A stretch of 64,000 bases of DNA from an uncultured Alphaproteobacteria bacterium (GCA_963828365.1 CAWHEE010000031.1:4820-68819); one strand, 5' to 3'. Positions 18,408 to 30,303 are shown, counted from the stretch's first letter. Notes: generated from the letters alone by a model not told the origin. Translations and numbers: made by a program.

Positions 18408-19568
18408 TTGTCCGTCACGCTCGACCTTTCCCGTCCCCGCAGCGTCCCCGCCGTTGCGCCGGTCAACCTAGCCGGTCTGACCCGCGCGCAGCTGCGGGCG
18501 GCGCTGGCCGACAGCGGGGCCGTGGCCCCCAGCATGGCGCGCATGCGGGCCGGCCAGGCCTGGGGCTGGATCCACAAGCACGGCGTCACCGACTTTTCGG
18601 CGATGACCAACATCGCCAAGGAGGCGCGCGCGGCCCTGGCCGAGCGCTTCGTGCTGACCCGGCCCGAGGTCGTCGAGCGCCAGGAGAGCCGCGACGGCGT
18701 GGTCAAGTGGCTGATCCGCATGGCCCCCGGCGTCGAGGTCGAGACCGTGTTCATTCCAGACGTCGGCCGGTCCGGGGCGCTGTGCGTCTCCAGCCAGGTC
18801 GGCTGCACGCTCAACTGCACCTTCTGCCACACCGGCACGCAGGCGCTGGTGCGCAACCTGACCGCCGGCGAAATCGTCGCCCAGGTTCAGATCGCCCGCG
18901 ACGATCTTCGCGAATGGATGGTCGAGGACGGCGCGCGACGCCTGACCAATATCGTGTTCATGGGCATGGGCGAGCCGCTCTATAACCTCGACGCCGTGGC
19001 CGATGCCCTCGACATCATCGCCGATAACGAGGGTATCGCGATCTCTCGCCGCCGTATCACCGTCTCTACATCCGGTGTCGTCCCGCAATTGACGGCGCTG
19101 GGCGAGCGCACCTCGGCCATGCTGGCGATCTCGCTGCACGCCACCAACGACGCCCTGCGCGACGAGCTGGTGCCGCTCAATCGCCGCTATCCGATCGCCG
19201 AGCTGCTCGCAGCCGTGCGCGCCTATCCCGGCCTGTCGAACGCCCGCCGGGTGACCTTCGAGTACGTCATGCTGAAGGGGGTCAACGACAGCCCGGCGGA
19301 AGCACGCGCCCTGGTCCGGCTGCTGGCCGGAATTCCGTCCAAGATCAACCTGATACCGTTCAATCCGTGGCCGGGCTCGCCCTATGAGTGCTCGGAGGCG
19401 CGAACCATCCAGACCTTCGCCGACATCGTCAACCGGGCCGGCTACGCCTCGCCGATCCGCAAGCCGAGGGGCCGCGACATCCTCGCCGCCTGCGGCCAGC
19501 TGAAGTCCGAAAGCGAAAAGTCCCGGGCCAGCGCGCGCCGGACACTTCCCCCCGATACGGCGGAATGA
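18408..19568 (+). CDS. rlmN: 23S rRNA (adenine-C2)-methyltransferase, radical SAM
   Basis: [48 protein letters not shown]; TTG start. Confidence 0.96.
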   Translation: MSVTLDLSRPRSVPAVAPVNLAGLTRAQLRAALADSGAVAPSMARMRAGQAWGWIHKHGVTDFSAMTNIAKEARAALAERFVLTRPEVVERQESRDGVVKWLIRMAPGVEVETVFIPDVGRSGALCVSSQVGCTLNCTFCHTGTQALVRNLTAGEIVAQVQIARDDLREWMVEDGARRLTNIVFMGMGEPLYNLDAVADALDIIADNEGIAISRRRITVSTSGVVPQLTALGERTSAMLAISLHATNDALRDELVPLNRRYPIAELLAAVRAYPGLSNARRVTFEYVMLKGVNDSPAEARALVRLLAGIPSKINLIPFNPWPGSPYECSEARTIQTFADIVNRAGYASPIRKPRGRDILAACGQLKSESEKSRASARRTLPPDTAE

Positions 19569-19629
19569 CGATCGCGGGCCGAAGCCGGACAACGGAGCGA
19601 ACAGGGACCAAAAAGCGAGGGGCCGCGCC

Positions 19630-20058
19630 ATGATCCATGCACTGAGAGCGCCCGAACTGCAGGCCTGGGCCACCGGGTTCCCGGTGAGCCTGCTGCACAC
19701 CCTGGTCACCCTGCTGATCCTCGCGGCCGGCGCCTCGGTCTATGCCCTGATCTCACCACACCGCGAAATCAGTCTGATCAGGGACGGCAACACGGCCGCC
19801 GCCCTGTCGTTGTCCGGCATACTGGTGGGACTGGCCCTGCCGCTCGCCGCCTCCCTGGCCGCGTCGGTGTCTCTGGCCGAGATCGTGCTGTGGGGCGCGG
19901 CGACCGTGTGCGTCCAGCTGGCGGTGTTCCGGCTCGCCGATCTCGCCTTGCACGATCTGCCTCTACGCATCGCCAGGGGAGAGATGGCGGCGGCGACCCT
20001 GCTGGTCGGCGCGAGGATCGCCACCGCCGCGATCCTGGCCTCCGCCGTCGCGGCCTGA
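19630..20058 (+). CDS. DUF350-family membrane protein
   Basis: Four TM helices; SPHREISLIRDGNTAAA motif. Confidence 0.85.
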   Translation: MIHALRAPELQAWATGFPVSLLHTLVTLLILAAGASVYALISPHREISLIRDGNTAAALSLSGILVGLALPLAASLAASVSLAEIVLWGAATVCVQLAVFRLADLALHDLPLRIARGEMAAATLLVGARIATAAILASAVAA

Positions 20059-20070
20059 CCGGGGCCGAGG

Positions 20071-20910
20071 ATGCGACTGCCCCGACTGCCCGACTGGTTG
20101 CTGTATCTGGCCGTGGTGGCCGGCCTGACGCTGGCGGCGACCCTGATCAGGCGACCCGCCGACGCGCCCCCGGCCCCGCCGCCGATGCCGGTGACGGGAG
20201 TGGCCCTGGCGGCCGCGTCGCCCTTCGATCCCGCCGTGGTGGTCAGAACGCCGTTGCATGTGGTGCAGGGCGCCGGCACCGCCTTTTCGGTGGACGACTC
20301 CGGCATCTGGCTGACAGCCCGGCATGTGGTCGAAGGCTGCATGGCGGTCACGATCGTCACTCAGCCTGGGGTCGGCGTCGCCGCCCGCGCGCGGGTCGAT
20401 CCGGGCGGCGAAACCGCTGTGCTGTTCACCCACGGCGGCGCCCCGGCCTTGCCGCTGGCGCCGGAGGGCGAGCTGCGCGGCGGCCTGACCGCCTACCACC
20501 CGGGTTTTCCGCAAGGTCAGCCGGGAGAGGCGGCCTCCCGCCTGGTCGGCCGGGAACGACTGTATCCGCGCGGCCGCGGCGGCGGGGTCGAGCCGGTGCT
20601 GGCCTGGGTCGAAATCGGTCGCACCGAGGGTCTGTCGCCCAGCCTGCAGGGTCTGTCGGGCGCGCCGGCCCTCGACGCGGCGGGCCGGGTTCTCGGCATC
20701 ACCATCGCCCAGGCTCCGCGTCGCGACCGCATCTACACCACCACTCCCGCGTCGATGCAGCTGGCGCTGCGCACGGTCCACGCCAAAGCCTCGCCCGGCG
20801 GCGGCGAGCCGATCAGCCCCGACAACTACGGCCGGGTGGCGGACGATCTGCGGCGCGACCTGCGCGTGGTTCAGGTGATCTGCCAGTCCGGTCAGCCGCT
20901 CGCGCGGTGA
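20071..20910 (+). CDS. Membrane-anchored trypsin-like serine protease
   Basis: N-terminal TM helix; GTAFSV, WLTARHVVEGC, GLSGAP. Confidence 0.85.
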   Translation: MRLPRLPDWLLYLAVVAGLTLAATLIRRPADAPPAPPPMPVTGVALAAASPFDPAVVVRTPLHVVQGAGTAFSVDDSGIWLTARHVVEGCMAVTIVTQPGVGVAARARVDPGGETAVLFTHGGAPALPLAPEGELRGGLTAYHPGFPQGQPGEAASRLVGRERLYPRGRGGGVEPVLAWVEIGRTEGLSPSLQGLSGAPALDAAGRVLGITIAQAPRRDRIYTTTPASMQLALRTVHAKASPGGGEPISPDNYGRVADDLRRDLRVVQVICQSGQPLAR

Positions 20911-22592
20911 CCTCGCGCCACCAGGGCCGCCAAGACCATGGCGATCAGCCCGATGGCCCCCGAGTATAGAAAGAACACCAGGTACCCCACGCCCAGGGCG
21001 GACGGCTCGACCTGCGATCGGGCCATGGCCGAGGCGAAGGCGGTGGCGGGTTCGTGCGCGAACAGACCTCGGAGCGGTGCGAACAGACCACCGGTCTGAG
21101 CGGAGTGCGCGACCGCGTCCACCACCCGGCCGGACTGTGAAGCGATCAGTTTTCCTGGCAGGGAGTACAGGGACGAGAACAGGGCATACTGCGTCGCCGT
21201 GAAGCCGATGCCGGTCAGGCTCGACATATAGGCGATCAGGCAGGTGCCGGAGTAGGCCGAGACGACGTTGTCGACGCCGATCGCGACCAGCAGAGCCGAC
21301 ACCTGCGGACCCTGCAATGCGAGCCAGCCGAAGATGGTGTTGGTGATCGGCAGGGCGACCGCGCCGATCACCAGCGAGCGCATCACGCCCAGCCGCGCGA
21401 TCGACACGCCGCCCACGAACACTCCAAACAGCGACGCGCCGACGCCGAACACCTTGCGGACCTCGGCGATCCGGGTGAGGGAAAATCCGAGGTCCTGATA
21501 GAAGGCGTTCATGATATTCAGGACGAAGTCGGACAGCCGGTAGAGGCAGATCAGCGCCAGGATCAGCAGGGCCCGCTTGCCGAACCTCTGGAAGAAATCG
21601 GCCAGCGGGTCGCCGAAGGCGTGAAACAGAAACACGCCCGGCCGTGTGCGCACCCGGGGCAGGGGCAGGGTGGCGGCGGCCACGACGGCGAAGCCGGCGA
21701 TCACCGAAAGCAGTTGCAGCCAGATGCCCGTCGACTTCGCCGTCCACGCCGCCTGCAGCCCGGCCGCCCAGCCCGACGCGCCGACGAGGCCCAGGCCCGC
21801 CGACAACAGGTCGGCCTTGGCGCCCAGGCCGGACCCTAGAAGCAGGGCGCCGAACGCCACCAGAGCGAGCCGTATCGCCCATTCGGCTGCTTCGAACGCC
21901 GGCGCCGAGGCGAGACCTTCGGTGCTGATCGGCCTGACGACGTGCTGCTGTTCCTTCGGCGCCAGCAGAACGCTGACCATGCCCAGGCCCATCACGGCCG
22001 CCATCACCACATAGGAGATCTGCCAGCCGACCCGGTCAGCCAACAGCAGCGGCGCCGCGCCGGCGACGATATTGGCGATCCGATAACCCCACTGATAGGC
22101 CGCCGCCATCGCGCCCTGGCGCGAGGCGTCCACCGCCTCGATCCGCCAGGCGTCGATCACGATGTCCTGGGTCGCCGAGGCGAAGCCGGTCAGGGCGGCG
22201 ACGAACGCCATGGTCGCCAGGCCGTGGACCGGATCGCTCATCGAAATGGCCAGGAGACCCGCCACCACCACGAGCTGCGCCAGCAGCATCCACGAACGCC
22301 GGTGTCCCAGCCATCGGGTGAGCAGAGGGATCCGGGCGCGATCGACCAGCGGCGCCCAGATGAATTTGAACGAATACGGCAGGGTGGCCAGGCTGAACAG
22401 TGAGATCACCGTCAGGGACAGCCCCACCGACCTCAGCCAGGCCGACATGGTGTCGAACACCAGGACGTTCGGCAGCCCGGCCGCGAAGCCGAGGCCCAGC
22501 ATGACCGCCACGCGGCGTTCGCCGAACACGGCGAGCGCGCCGAGAAGGCCGCGGCCGGGCGCCGCGGCCGGCGGCGCTTCCATGGAACTCAC
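20892..22592 (-). CDS. ampG: AmpG-family muropeptide MFS permease
   Basis: LGFAAGLP, KFIWAPLVD, SATQDIVIDAWRIE, FTATQYALFSS. Confidence 0.85.
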   Translation of the reverse strand: MSSMEAPPAAAPGRGLLGALAVFGERRVAVMLGLGFAAGLPNVLVFDTMSAWLRSVGLSLTVISLFSLATLPYSFKFIWAPLVDRARIPLLTRWLGHRRSWMLLAQLVVVAGLLAISMSDPVHGLATMAFVAALTGFASATQDIVIDAWRIEAVDASRQGAMAAAYQWGYRIANIVAGAAPLLLADRVGWQISYVVMAAVMGLGMVSVLLAPKEQQHVVRPISTEGLASAPAFEAAEWAIRLALVAFGALLLGSGLGAKADLLSAGLGLVGASGWAAGLQAAWTAKSTGIWLQLLSVIAGFAVVAAATLPLPRVRTRPGVFLFHAFGDPLADFFQRFGKRALLILALICLYRLSDFVLNIMNAFYQDLGFSLTRIAEVRKVFGVGASLFGVFVGGVSIARLGVMRSLVIGAVALPITNTIFGWLALQGPQVSALLVAIGVDNVVSAYSGTCLIAYMSSLTGIGFTATQYALFSSLYSLPGKLIASQSGRVVDAVAHSAQTGGLFAPLRGLFAHEPATAFASAMARSQVEPSALGVGYLVFFLYSGAIGLIAMVLAALVARGHRASG

Positions 22593-22674
22593 GAACGGGC
22601 GACCGGGAATGACGGCATGCCCTGCTATGCCGGACCAGGAAGAATGTGCATAGCCGCGACCCTTCGGCGGGCGA

Positions 22675-24332
22675 TCATGGCGCGTCCTTCCTCGAAAGGC
22701 TGTCGCGCAATTGGAACTTCTGGATCTTGGTGGCGGACATCGGCCATTCGGTGACGAACCGGACCTGTCGAGGGACCTTGAACCGCGCGATCCTGCCCGC
22801 GCACCAGGCGATCAATTCCTCCGGGGTGGCGGCGACGACCTCGGGCCTGAGCTCGACAAAGGCGACGGGGACCTCTTCGTAGCGGGGGTCGGGCATGCCG
22901 ACCACCTGCGAGAGGCGCACGGCGGGATGAAGTCCAACACCGCCTCGATCTCGGCCGCCGCGACGTTTTCACCGCCGACCTTGAGCATGTCCTTCAGCCG
23001 CCCGTGAAACATGATGTGGCCCGATCCGTCGATCGAGCCGATGTCTCCCGTGCGCATCCAGCCGTCGGAGGTCAGCGTCGCGGCGGTCTTTTCCGGGTCG
23101 CGATAATAGCCGAGCATCATATTGGGCCCGCGGGCGAGGATTTCGCCCTGGATGCCGGCCGGGCAAGCCGCACCGGTGGCGGGATCGACGATCCGCACCT
23201 CCCAGTCGTCCAGGGGCACGCCCAGCCGGCCGGTGCGCAGATGCTGGGGATCGTCCGGGCGGCTGGTGCAGACCGTGCCGACCCCTTCGGTCAGACCATA
23301 GGTGCCGACCTGAACAGCTTGCGGCATCGCCTTGGCCATGGCCTCGGCGATCCATGGCGGTTGCACCGCGAGGTTGGAATTCATCAGCCGCACGCGGCTG
23401 AGATCGGTCTGTGGAAACCGTGGATGATTGATCAGGTCCTGCATGATGGTGACGAAGCACGGATAGGCGTGCGTCGCGCCCTCGCGTTCGAGCATCGCCA
23501 GGGCCACGCCGGCGTCGAAATTCGGTTGCGTCAGATAGACCGCGCCAGCGTCGATGGCGGCGATCAGCGGCAGGATGCCGGCGATATGAAACACCGGCAA
23601 CGGCGACCAGAAGCGATCTCCCGAGCCAATGCGATAGCGCCGCGCCAGATTGCGTGAATTGGCCACCATCGCCCGATGGCTGATCATACATCCCTTGGGA
23701 TTGGCCGTGGTTCCGGAGGTGTAGAGGATCAGCATCAGGTCGCCGGGCTCGACGGCGTCGATCCGCGCGTCGACCGTCGCGTCGGCGACGATCCCGCCGC
23801 CGGCCAGGAAATCGTCGGCGGCGATCAGGCCCACCCCATGGCCGGAGCCGGTGGCGATGATCGCGCGAAGCTTCGGGGCCTCGGCACAGGCGAACCGGCC
23901 GCCGCTCTCGGCGGTCAGCGACGGCAGCGCCTGGCGGACGCGATCGGGGAAACTGACCAGCGGATTGGCCGACCCGTCGATCACCAGGGCCGCAAGGTCG
24001 GCGTTCTCGATCAGATAGGCGAGTTCGCGGGGCTGGTAGCGGGCGTTGATCGGCGTCGCGACCGCCCCCGCCATGGCGACCCCGAACAGGGCGTCGACGA
24101 AGTGCGGCGAGGTATTGAACAGCAAGCCGACGTGCTCGCCCGGGGCCACGCCGGCGGCGATCAGCGCCTTGGCCCAGCGCCGGCCCCGCGCGTCGAGATC
24201 CCCATAGCTGAACCGCTGGTCGGGAAACACCAGGGCGTCGTCATTCGATCGATGCCGCCCCGATCGCAGCAAGCTGCCCACTGTCGGTATTGCGGCGGCG
24301 CGCGCGGCCGCGATGGCGACGTCCGCATCCAT
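22675..24332 (-). CDS. AMP-dependent acyl-CoA synthetase (indel near 22920)
   Basis: YTSGTTANPKG, YGLTE, GWMRTGDIG, GRLKDMLKVGGENV; C-terminal ATKIQK in the adjacent frame. Confidence 0.92.
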
Positions 24333-24533
24333 TCGGTTTCTCCCTCGAATTCGCGAGCCGCGCTGCCTGACGCGGCCTTTTCTCGGAGTCTAGGGGGAGA
24401 CCGGCCAAAGAGCCAGCGGGGCGTCGCGGGCAGGCGCCATCGATTTTCGTTCCGGCCCCATCACATTTTCGCCCATGGTCATCGGGTCCGACCGATCGTA
24501 AGCGGATTCGCGAGTCCATAGCGCGGGAAGGCG

Positions 24534-25790
24534 ATGAAGCGATATTCGGCGTTGCGCCTGCTGAGCGCCGGATTGTCGGGCCAACGTTCCTGGAACCGGG
24601 CGTGGCGCGATCCCGCGCCCCGGCCGCATTACGATTTCCTGATCATCGGCGGCGGCGGTCATGGGCTGGCGACCGCCTATTATCTCGCGGCCCTGCATGG
24701 CGCAAAGTCTGTGGCCGTGCTCGAGAAGGGCTGGATCGGCGGGGGCAACACCGGCCGCAACACCACCATCGTGCGCTCGAACTACCGGCTTCCCGCGATG
24801 AGCGCGCTGATGGAGTTTTCGCTCGGGCTCTGGGAGAGCCTCTCCGAAACCCTGAACTACAATGTCATGTTCAGCCAGCGCGGCGCGGTGTTCCTGGGAC
24901 ACTCGGACGGCGACATGACCCGTCTTGCGGAGCGGGGCGACGCGATGCGCTGCCAGGGCCTCGACGCCGAGTTGCTGACCCGGGACCAGGTGGGGCGGCT
25001 GATTCCCCTTCTCGATCTGTCGGCGAGCGCCCGGTTTCCGGTGGTCGGCGGCCTGGTGCAACCGCGCGGCGGCACGGCGCGGCACGACGCCGTGGCCTGG
25101 GGCTATGCGCGGGCGGCCGATGGCCTCGGGGTCGACATCATCCAGAACTGCGAGGTGACCGGCATGGTGATCCATGGCGGCAGGATCACCGGGCTGCGCA
25201 CGAGCCGCGGCGAGATCGGCGCGGGCCTGGTGGGGATGTGCGTGGCCGGCGACAGCGGCCAGGTGGCGGCGATGGCCGGGCTGCGACTGCCGATCGAGTC
25301 GCACCTGCTGCAGGCCTTCGTCTCCGAGCCGGTCAAGCCGATGATCGACACGGTGATCATGTCGCAATCGATACACTGCTATATCAGCCAGTCGGACAAG
25401 GGCGAGATCGTCCTGGGCGGCGACCCGGACCATTATCCCAGCTATTCGCGGCGCGGCATGCCGCTTCGCCTGGAAGAGGTGGCGGCGCAGGCGATCGCCC
25501 TGGCGCCGGCGCTGTCGCGGCTGCGCATGCTGCGCGCCTGGAGCGGCGTCATCGACATGAGCTTCGACGGGGCGCCGATCATCGGGGAGACGCCGGTGGC
25601 GGGGCTCTATCTGAACGGCGGTTGGTGCTACGGCGGGTTCAAGGCGACCCCGGGGTCGGGCTGGCTGTTCGCCCACACCCTGGCCGGGGGCCGGCCACAC
25701 CCGGTCAATGCGCCCTTCGCTCTGGATCGCTTCGCGCGCGGAGCGACCATCGACGAGGCCGGCGCCGGCCCCCTGCCACAGCACCGCTGA
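24534..25790 (+). CDS. soxB: Sarcosine oxidase subunit beta
   Basis: IIGGGGHGLATAYYL, GGGNTGRNTTIVRSNY, GGFKATPGSG. Confidence 0.95.
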   Translation: MKRYSALRLLSAGLSGQRSWNRAWRDPAPRPHYDFLIIGGGGHGLATAYYLAALHGAKSVAVLEKGWIGGGNTGRNTTIVRSNYRLPAMSALMEFSLGLWESLSETLNYNVMFSQRGAVFLGHSDGDMTRLAERGDAMRCQGLDAELLTRDQVGRLIPLLDLSASARFPVVGGLVQPRGGTARHDAVAWGYARAADGLGVDIIQNCEVTGMVIHGGRITGLRTSRGEIGAGLVGMCVAGDSGQVAAMAGLRLPIESHLLQAFVSEPVKPMIDTVIMSQSIHCYISQSDKGEIVLGGDPDHYPSYSRRGMPLRLEEVAAQAIALAPALSRLRMLRAWSGVIDMSFDGAPIIGETPVAGLYLNGGWCYGGFKATPGSGWLFAHTLAGGRPHPVNAPFALDRFARGATIDEAGAGPLPQHR

Positions 25791-25799
25791 GGCAGTCGC

Positions 25800-26063
25800 A
25801 TGCTGTTGATCGCCTGCCCGCATTGCGGCGACCGCGCTCAGGTCGAATTCGTTTACGAACGCACCCTGGACTCGATCGTCACCCTCGAAATGTCTGGCGA
25901 CGATGCGATGGGAGCGCTGTTCACCCGAACCAATCCCCGCGGCCCGTCGCGCGAACTGTGGCGTCATGCGCGCGGCTGCCGTGCCTGGCTGATCGTCGAC
26001 CGCGATACCCTCACCCACGTGATAAGCGCGGTTCGCCTCTGGGAGGAGACTCGCCTTGCATAG
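25800..26063 (+). CDS. soxD: Sarcosine oxidase subunit delta
   Basis: MLLIACPHCGDR...NPRG...ELWRH..GC..W...RDT. Confidence 0.93.
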   Translation: MLLIACPHCGDRAQVEFVYERTLDSIVTLEMSGDDAMGALFTRTNPRGPSRELWRHARGCRAWLIVDRDTLTHVISAVRLWEETRLA

Positions 26064-28880
26064 CCGCCGCCTGCCGTCGGGCGGTCTGATCGACCGGAGC
26101 CGCACCCTGGCCTTCAGCTTCGACGGCAGGCGGCTGCATGGGCATCCCGGCGACACCCTGGCGTCGGCCCTGCTGGCCAGCGGCGTCGACGTCGTCGGGC
26201 GGAGTTTCAAATATCACCGGCCCCGTGGCCTGCTGGCGGCGGGCGTCGAGGAGCCCAACGCGCTGGTCGGTGTCGGGTCGGGCGGACGATTCGAGCCCAA
26301 TACCCGGGCGAGCGACGTGTTTCTGTATGACGGGCTGGTCGCCGAAAGCCAGAATCGCTGGCCCAGCCTGGCGGTCGACATCGGCGCCGCGGCGGGGTTG
26401 ATCGCGCCGTTCATCCCGGCCGGATTCTATTACAAGACCTTCCTCGGTTCGCCGCGCGTCTGGAAGGTCTACGAGCATTTCATCCGCGCGGCCGCCGGCC
26501 TGGGGCGGCCGCCGGTCGAAGCGGATGTCGATGGTTACGAGCATCGCGCGGCCTTCTGCGATGTGCTGGTGGTGGGCGCCGGCCGGTCGGGGCTGACCGC
26601 CGCGCGCGAGGCCGCCGCGCGCGGAGAGAGGGTGATCCTGGTCGAACAGGACCGGCGGCTCGGCGGCGGCCTGCTGCGCGATCATGGGACCACCGGAGGT
26701 CTCGATACCGGCGACCTGGCGGCGGCGGCCAGCGAAGCGGTCGGGGCCGCGGGTGGGCGGGTCCTGAGCCGGTCGACCGCCATCGGCTATTGGGATCACG
26801 ACCTGGTCACCGTCGCCGAACGGCTCGCCGAACCCGGCCAGCCCCCCGCTCCGGGCGGACCGGTCCAGCGATTGTGGCGTATCCGGGCGCGGCGGGTGAT
26901 TCTGGCTACCGGGGCCATCGAACGACCGATGCTGTTCGCGCACAACGACCTGCCTGGCGTAATGCTTTCGCGGGCCGTCCGCGGTTATGCGGCGCGGTTC
27001 GGGGTGGCGGCGGGAGAGCGCGCGGTCGTGGCCACCTGTCACGACGACGCATACCGGACGGCGCACCTGCTGGCCGAGGCCGGCGTCGAGGTCGTCGCGG
27101 TGCTGGACACCCGGCGGCAGGGTGATGCCGGGGCCGTGGCGCTGACCGCCCGCGAACGATTTCCGGTGTATTTCGACGCCGGCCTGGTCGCCGTCCGGCC
27201 GCGGCGGGGCCGGCTGGCCGGGGTGGACGCCCTGGCCGGCGGCCGCGCCCTGCACCTGGCGGGGGACCTGCTGGCGGTCTGCGGCGGCTTCTCCCCCGTC
27301 GTCCATTTGCACATGCAGGCCGGCGGCGCGCTCGCCTGGCGGGAGGATCTGGGCGCGTTCGTTCCCGGTTCGGCGCGGCAACACCAGACGACGGTAGGCT
27401 CGGCTGCCGGCGAGCTGCCGCCGGGGGCGGCTTTGCATCCGATCGCCCGGGTTGAGCGACGCAAGACCTTCGTCGATCTGCAGAACGACGTGACCTTGGC
27501 GGACCTCGATCTGGCCTGGCGCGAGGGCTATCGCTCGGTCGAGCACCTCAAGCGCTACACCACCGTCGGCATGGCCACCGACCAGGGCAAGACCAGCAAT
27601 ATCCTGGCCCTGGCCGCGTTGGCGCGGCTGGAAGGCAAGCCGGTCGCCGACGTCGGGATCACCACCTTTCGCCCGCCCTACACGCCGGTGACTCTCGGCC
27701 TGCTGGCCGGCCCCGCGACACGGGAGCATGTCGCCCCGACGCGCCGTTCGCCGCTCTTTGAAGAACACCGCCGGCTGGGCGCGCTCTGGCAGCCGTCGGG
27801 TTATTGGACCCGACCGCGGGCCTATCCACGGCAGGGCGAGGAGGCGCCGACGGCGGCGATGCGCGCGGCGCGCGCGGTGCGCACGACGGTCGGGTTCACC
27901 GACGTTTCGACCCTGGCCAAGTTCGAGGTGGCCGGGCCGGACGCCGCACGGTTCCTGGAGCGGGTGTGCGCGACGGGAGTTGCGCGATTGGCGGTCGGGC
28001 GGGGGCGGTACACCTTCATGCTGCGCGAGGACGGCATGGTCTTCGACGACGGCACGGTATGGCGGCTGGATCGCGACCGGTTTCTGCTCACCAGTTCGAC
28101 CGGCGGGGCCGACCGCATGGAAGCGCACCTGTCCTATGTCCGCCACGTGCTATCGGCCGAGCTGCGAGTGGCGATCGTGGAGGTGCAGGAGCATTGGGCG
28201 GGGCTGGCGTTGGCCGGCCCGCAGGCTGCCGCGATCTTGTTCGAGCTGTGTGGGTCGGCGCCACCGGCCCATATGGCGGTCTCGCGCGGCATGCTGGCCG
28301 GCCAGGCGGTGCTGGTGCTGGCGGCCAGTTACAGCGGCGAGCGGGCATTCGAGATCCATGCCTCCGGCGCCGCCATCGTTCCGGTCTGGCGGGCCGTCGA
28401 GGCGGTGGCGGCGCGGCGCGGCGGCTGTCCCTATGGCCTGGACACCCTGGAAATACTGCGCATCGAGAAGGGCCATCTGGTGGTCGGAGGCGAGATCGAC
28501 GGCCGGATGACGCCGCTCGACCTCGGCCTGGGGCGCGTGCTGCGGCGGGGCGGCGGCTACGTCGGCGCTCAGGGCCTTTCCCGGCCGGCGCTGCATTCGC
28601 CCGGCCGGTTGCAACTGGTGGGACTCGAGACCCGCGACGGACCGATCCCAGAGGGGGCGATGCTGCGCGCCGGGCCCGCCGGCGAGGTCGAGGGACATGT
28701 CACCGCGGCGGGGCTCCGGGTGCTGACTTCCGGATCGATCGCCCTGGGATTTCTGCGGGATGGCCGCGCGCGCCATGGCCAGAGCCTGATCGCCGACTCG
28801 CCCACGCGGGGCGCCGCGTCCGGGTCGGGGTCGTCGAGCCGATGTTTCATGATCCCGAAGGGAGCGCCTACCGTGATTGA
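26056..28880 (+). CDS. soxA: Sarcosine oxidase subunit alpha (indel near 28815)
   Basis: GDTLASALLASG, RSFKYHRPRG, EHLKRYTTVGMATDQGKTSN and a GcvT-like C-terminus. The true end (VVEPMFHDPEG..RD*) lies in the frame that stops at 28880. Confidence 0.92.
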
Positions 28881-29367
28881 GCCGATGCCACCCGCGGTGA
28901 TTTTCCAGATTGATGTCTGGGGTGATCTGGCTGCGTTCGGCGAGCGCTTCGCGCGGGCATGCGGCGCCGCGCCGCCGGCGGCCGGCCGCTCGCTGGACAT
29001 CGCCGATGGCCGCCGCGCGCTTTGGATCCAGCCGCGCGCCTGGCTGGTGCGCGGCGCCGCGGAAGGCGGCGATGACCCGCGCGCGCAGCTGGACTCGGTG
29101 GTCGGCGAAGACGGCGCGGTGACCGATGTTTCGGCCGGTTTCAGCCGACTGCGGATCTGCGGCGCGGACTGGCGGGACTGGCTGAGCCTCGGCGGGGTGA
29201 TCGATACCGGGGGCCGCGAGGTGATCCCAGGGTGGTGCGCCGGTACCGTCGTCGAGCATCTGCCCGTGCGGTTGGACGTCATCGACGCCCAGACCGTGGA
29301 TATCTACGTGGCGCCCAGCTATGCGTCGCATCTGCGGCGCCTGTGGGGCGCCGAGCCCGGGGTCTGA
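28873..29367 (+). CDS. soxG: Sarcosine oxidase subunit gamma
   Basis: GTG start overlaps the soxA end; ALWIQPRAWL, VTDVSAG, YVAPSYA; expected operon position. Confidence 0.8.
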   Translation: MIEPMPPAVIFQIDVWGDLAAFGERFARACGAAPPAAGRSLDIADGRRALWIQPRAWLVRGAAEGGDDPRAQLDSVVGEDGAVTDVSAGFSRLRICGADWRDWLSLGGVIDTGGREVIPGWCAGTVVEHLPVRLDVIDAQTVDIYVAPSYASHLRRLWGAEPGV

Positions 29368-29373
29368 GACGCC

Positions 29374-29623
29374 GTGTGCGAATTGTTTGGCCTGTCAAGC
29401 CGACGGGCGAGCCGCGCGACCTTTTCACTCGAAGTGTTCGCCAGCCACGGCGCGGCAGGCCGGCGTGCACGTCGAATCGGCTGTCGAGGAACAGGACATG
29501 GTGATGTTCGCCAGTGTGCCGATCACCGCCGAGCCGTGGCCCCCCCTGGCCGAAGGCGAGGTGATCGCGGTGCGGGCCGGCGAGATCGTCGGGACCCGTC
29601 TGGAGCCGCCATCGGCCGATTGA
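29374..29623 (+). pseudogene. Internally deleted class II glutamine amidotransferase (YafJ/EgtC-like)
   Basis: N-terminal MCELFGLSS...TFSLEVFASHG joined to C-terminal MFASVPITAEPWPPLAEGEVIAV in another frame; only about 250 bp in total. Confidence 0.65.
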
Positions 29624-29712
29624 TCCGGCGCAATGCCCGGACCGCCGCCTGAGCGGTGATCACCGTTACGGCCAGGGCTGCCGACCGGGCACTCTCCTTC
29701 TCGTTCGCTAGA

Positions 29713-30303
29713 CTAGCGCGGCGGCGGAACGGCGACGGCTTCGTTGCGCAGCCGCTCGACCAGCCGCGTGAAGCGGGGACCATGCAGCCGGTAGCAGCTG
29801 AAGATCACCTCGAGGCCCGCCGGCAGGGTTCGAGCGAACGCCTCCATTCCAGGAGCGACATCGGTGCGCTGGATAAGTCGGCCCTCGTCCGATGGAAACG
29901 GTACGGGGCGCGCCGCCGCCCCCTTCAGGTGCGGGCATTGGCGCGCGGCCCGCCGGGCGCACGCCAAGTGCACCGGCGGCACGTTTCCGCCATAGCGGAT
30001 CTCGCCATCGGCCAGCGTCACCGGGCCGCCCGATTGCAGGGGGAACAGGTAGCGGTCGCGTTTCGCGGTCGGCCGGCCGCAGACGTGGCACAGGTGGCGC
30101 GCCATGCCCAGGCGATGGCGGGTCACATTCAGGACCGCGAACACCGGCGTTCCAACGCCCGGGCGCTGCGCCTGGACCAGATCGATGAAGCCAGGAAAAT
30201 CCACCAACTCCTGGAGTTCGAACGCATTTTCCCCAGTCCAGGACACCGACCAGGGCACGGTCTCGCCGACGCGCCAAACCGCCTGGTCATCCTGGGTTCG
30301 CAC
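29713..30303 (-). CDS. Hypothetical protein with putative Zn ligands
   Basis: VPWSVSW, CHVCG, PPVHLACA...CPHL. Confidence 0.7.
   Translation of the reverse strand: MRTQDDQAVWRVGETVPWSVSWTGENAFELQELVDFPGFIDLVQAQRPGVGTPVFAVLNVTRHRLGMARHLCHVCGRPTAKRDRYLFPLQSGGPVTLADGEIRYGGNVPPVHLACARRAARQCPHLKGAAARPVPFPSDEGRLIQRTDVAPGMEAFARTLPAGLEVIFSCYRLHGPRFTRLVERLRNEAVAVPPPR

Noticed and set aside
26056-29367. Apparent 1103-aa SoxA-SoxG fusion
   Set aside because: The normal SoxA C-terminus is in another frame ending at 28880 and soxG has its own overlapping GTG; one indel near 28815 explains the fusion.
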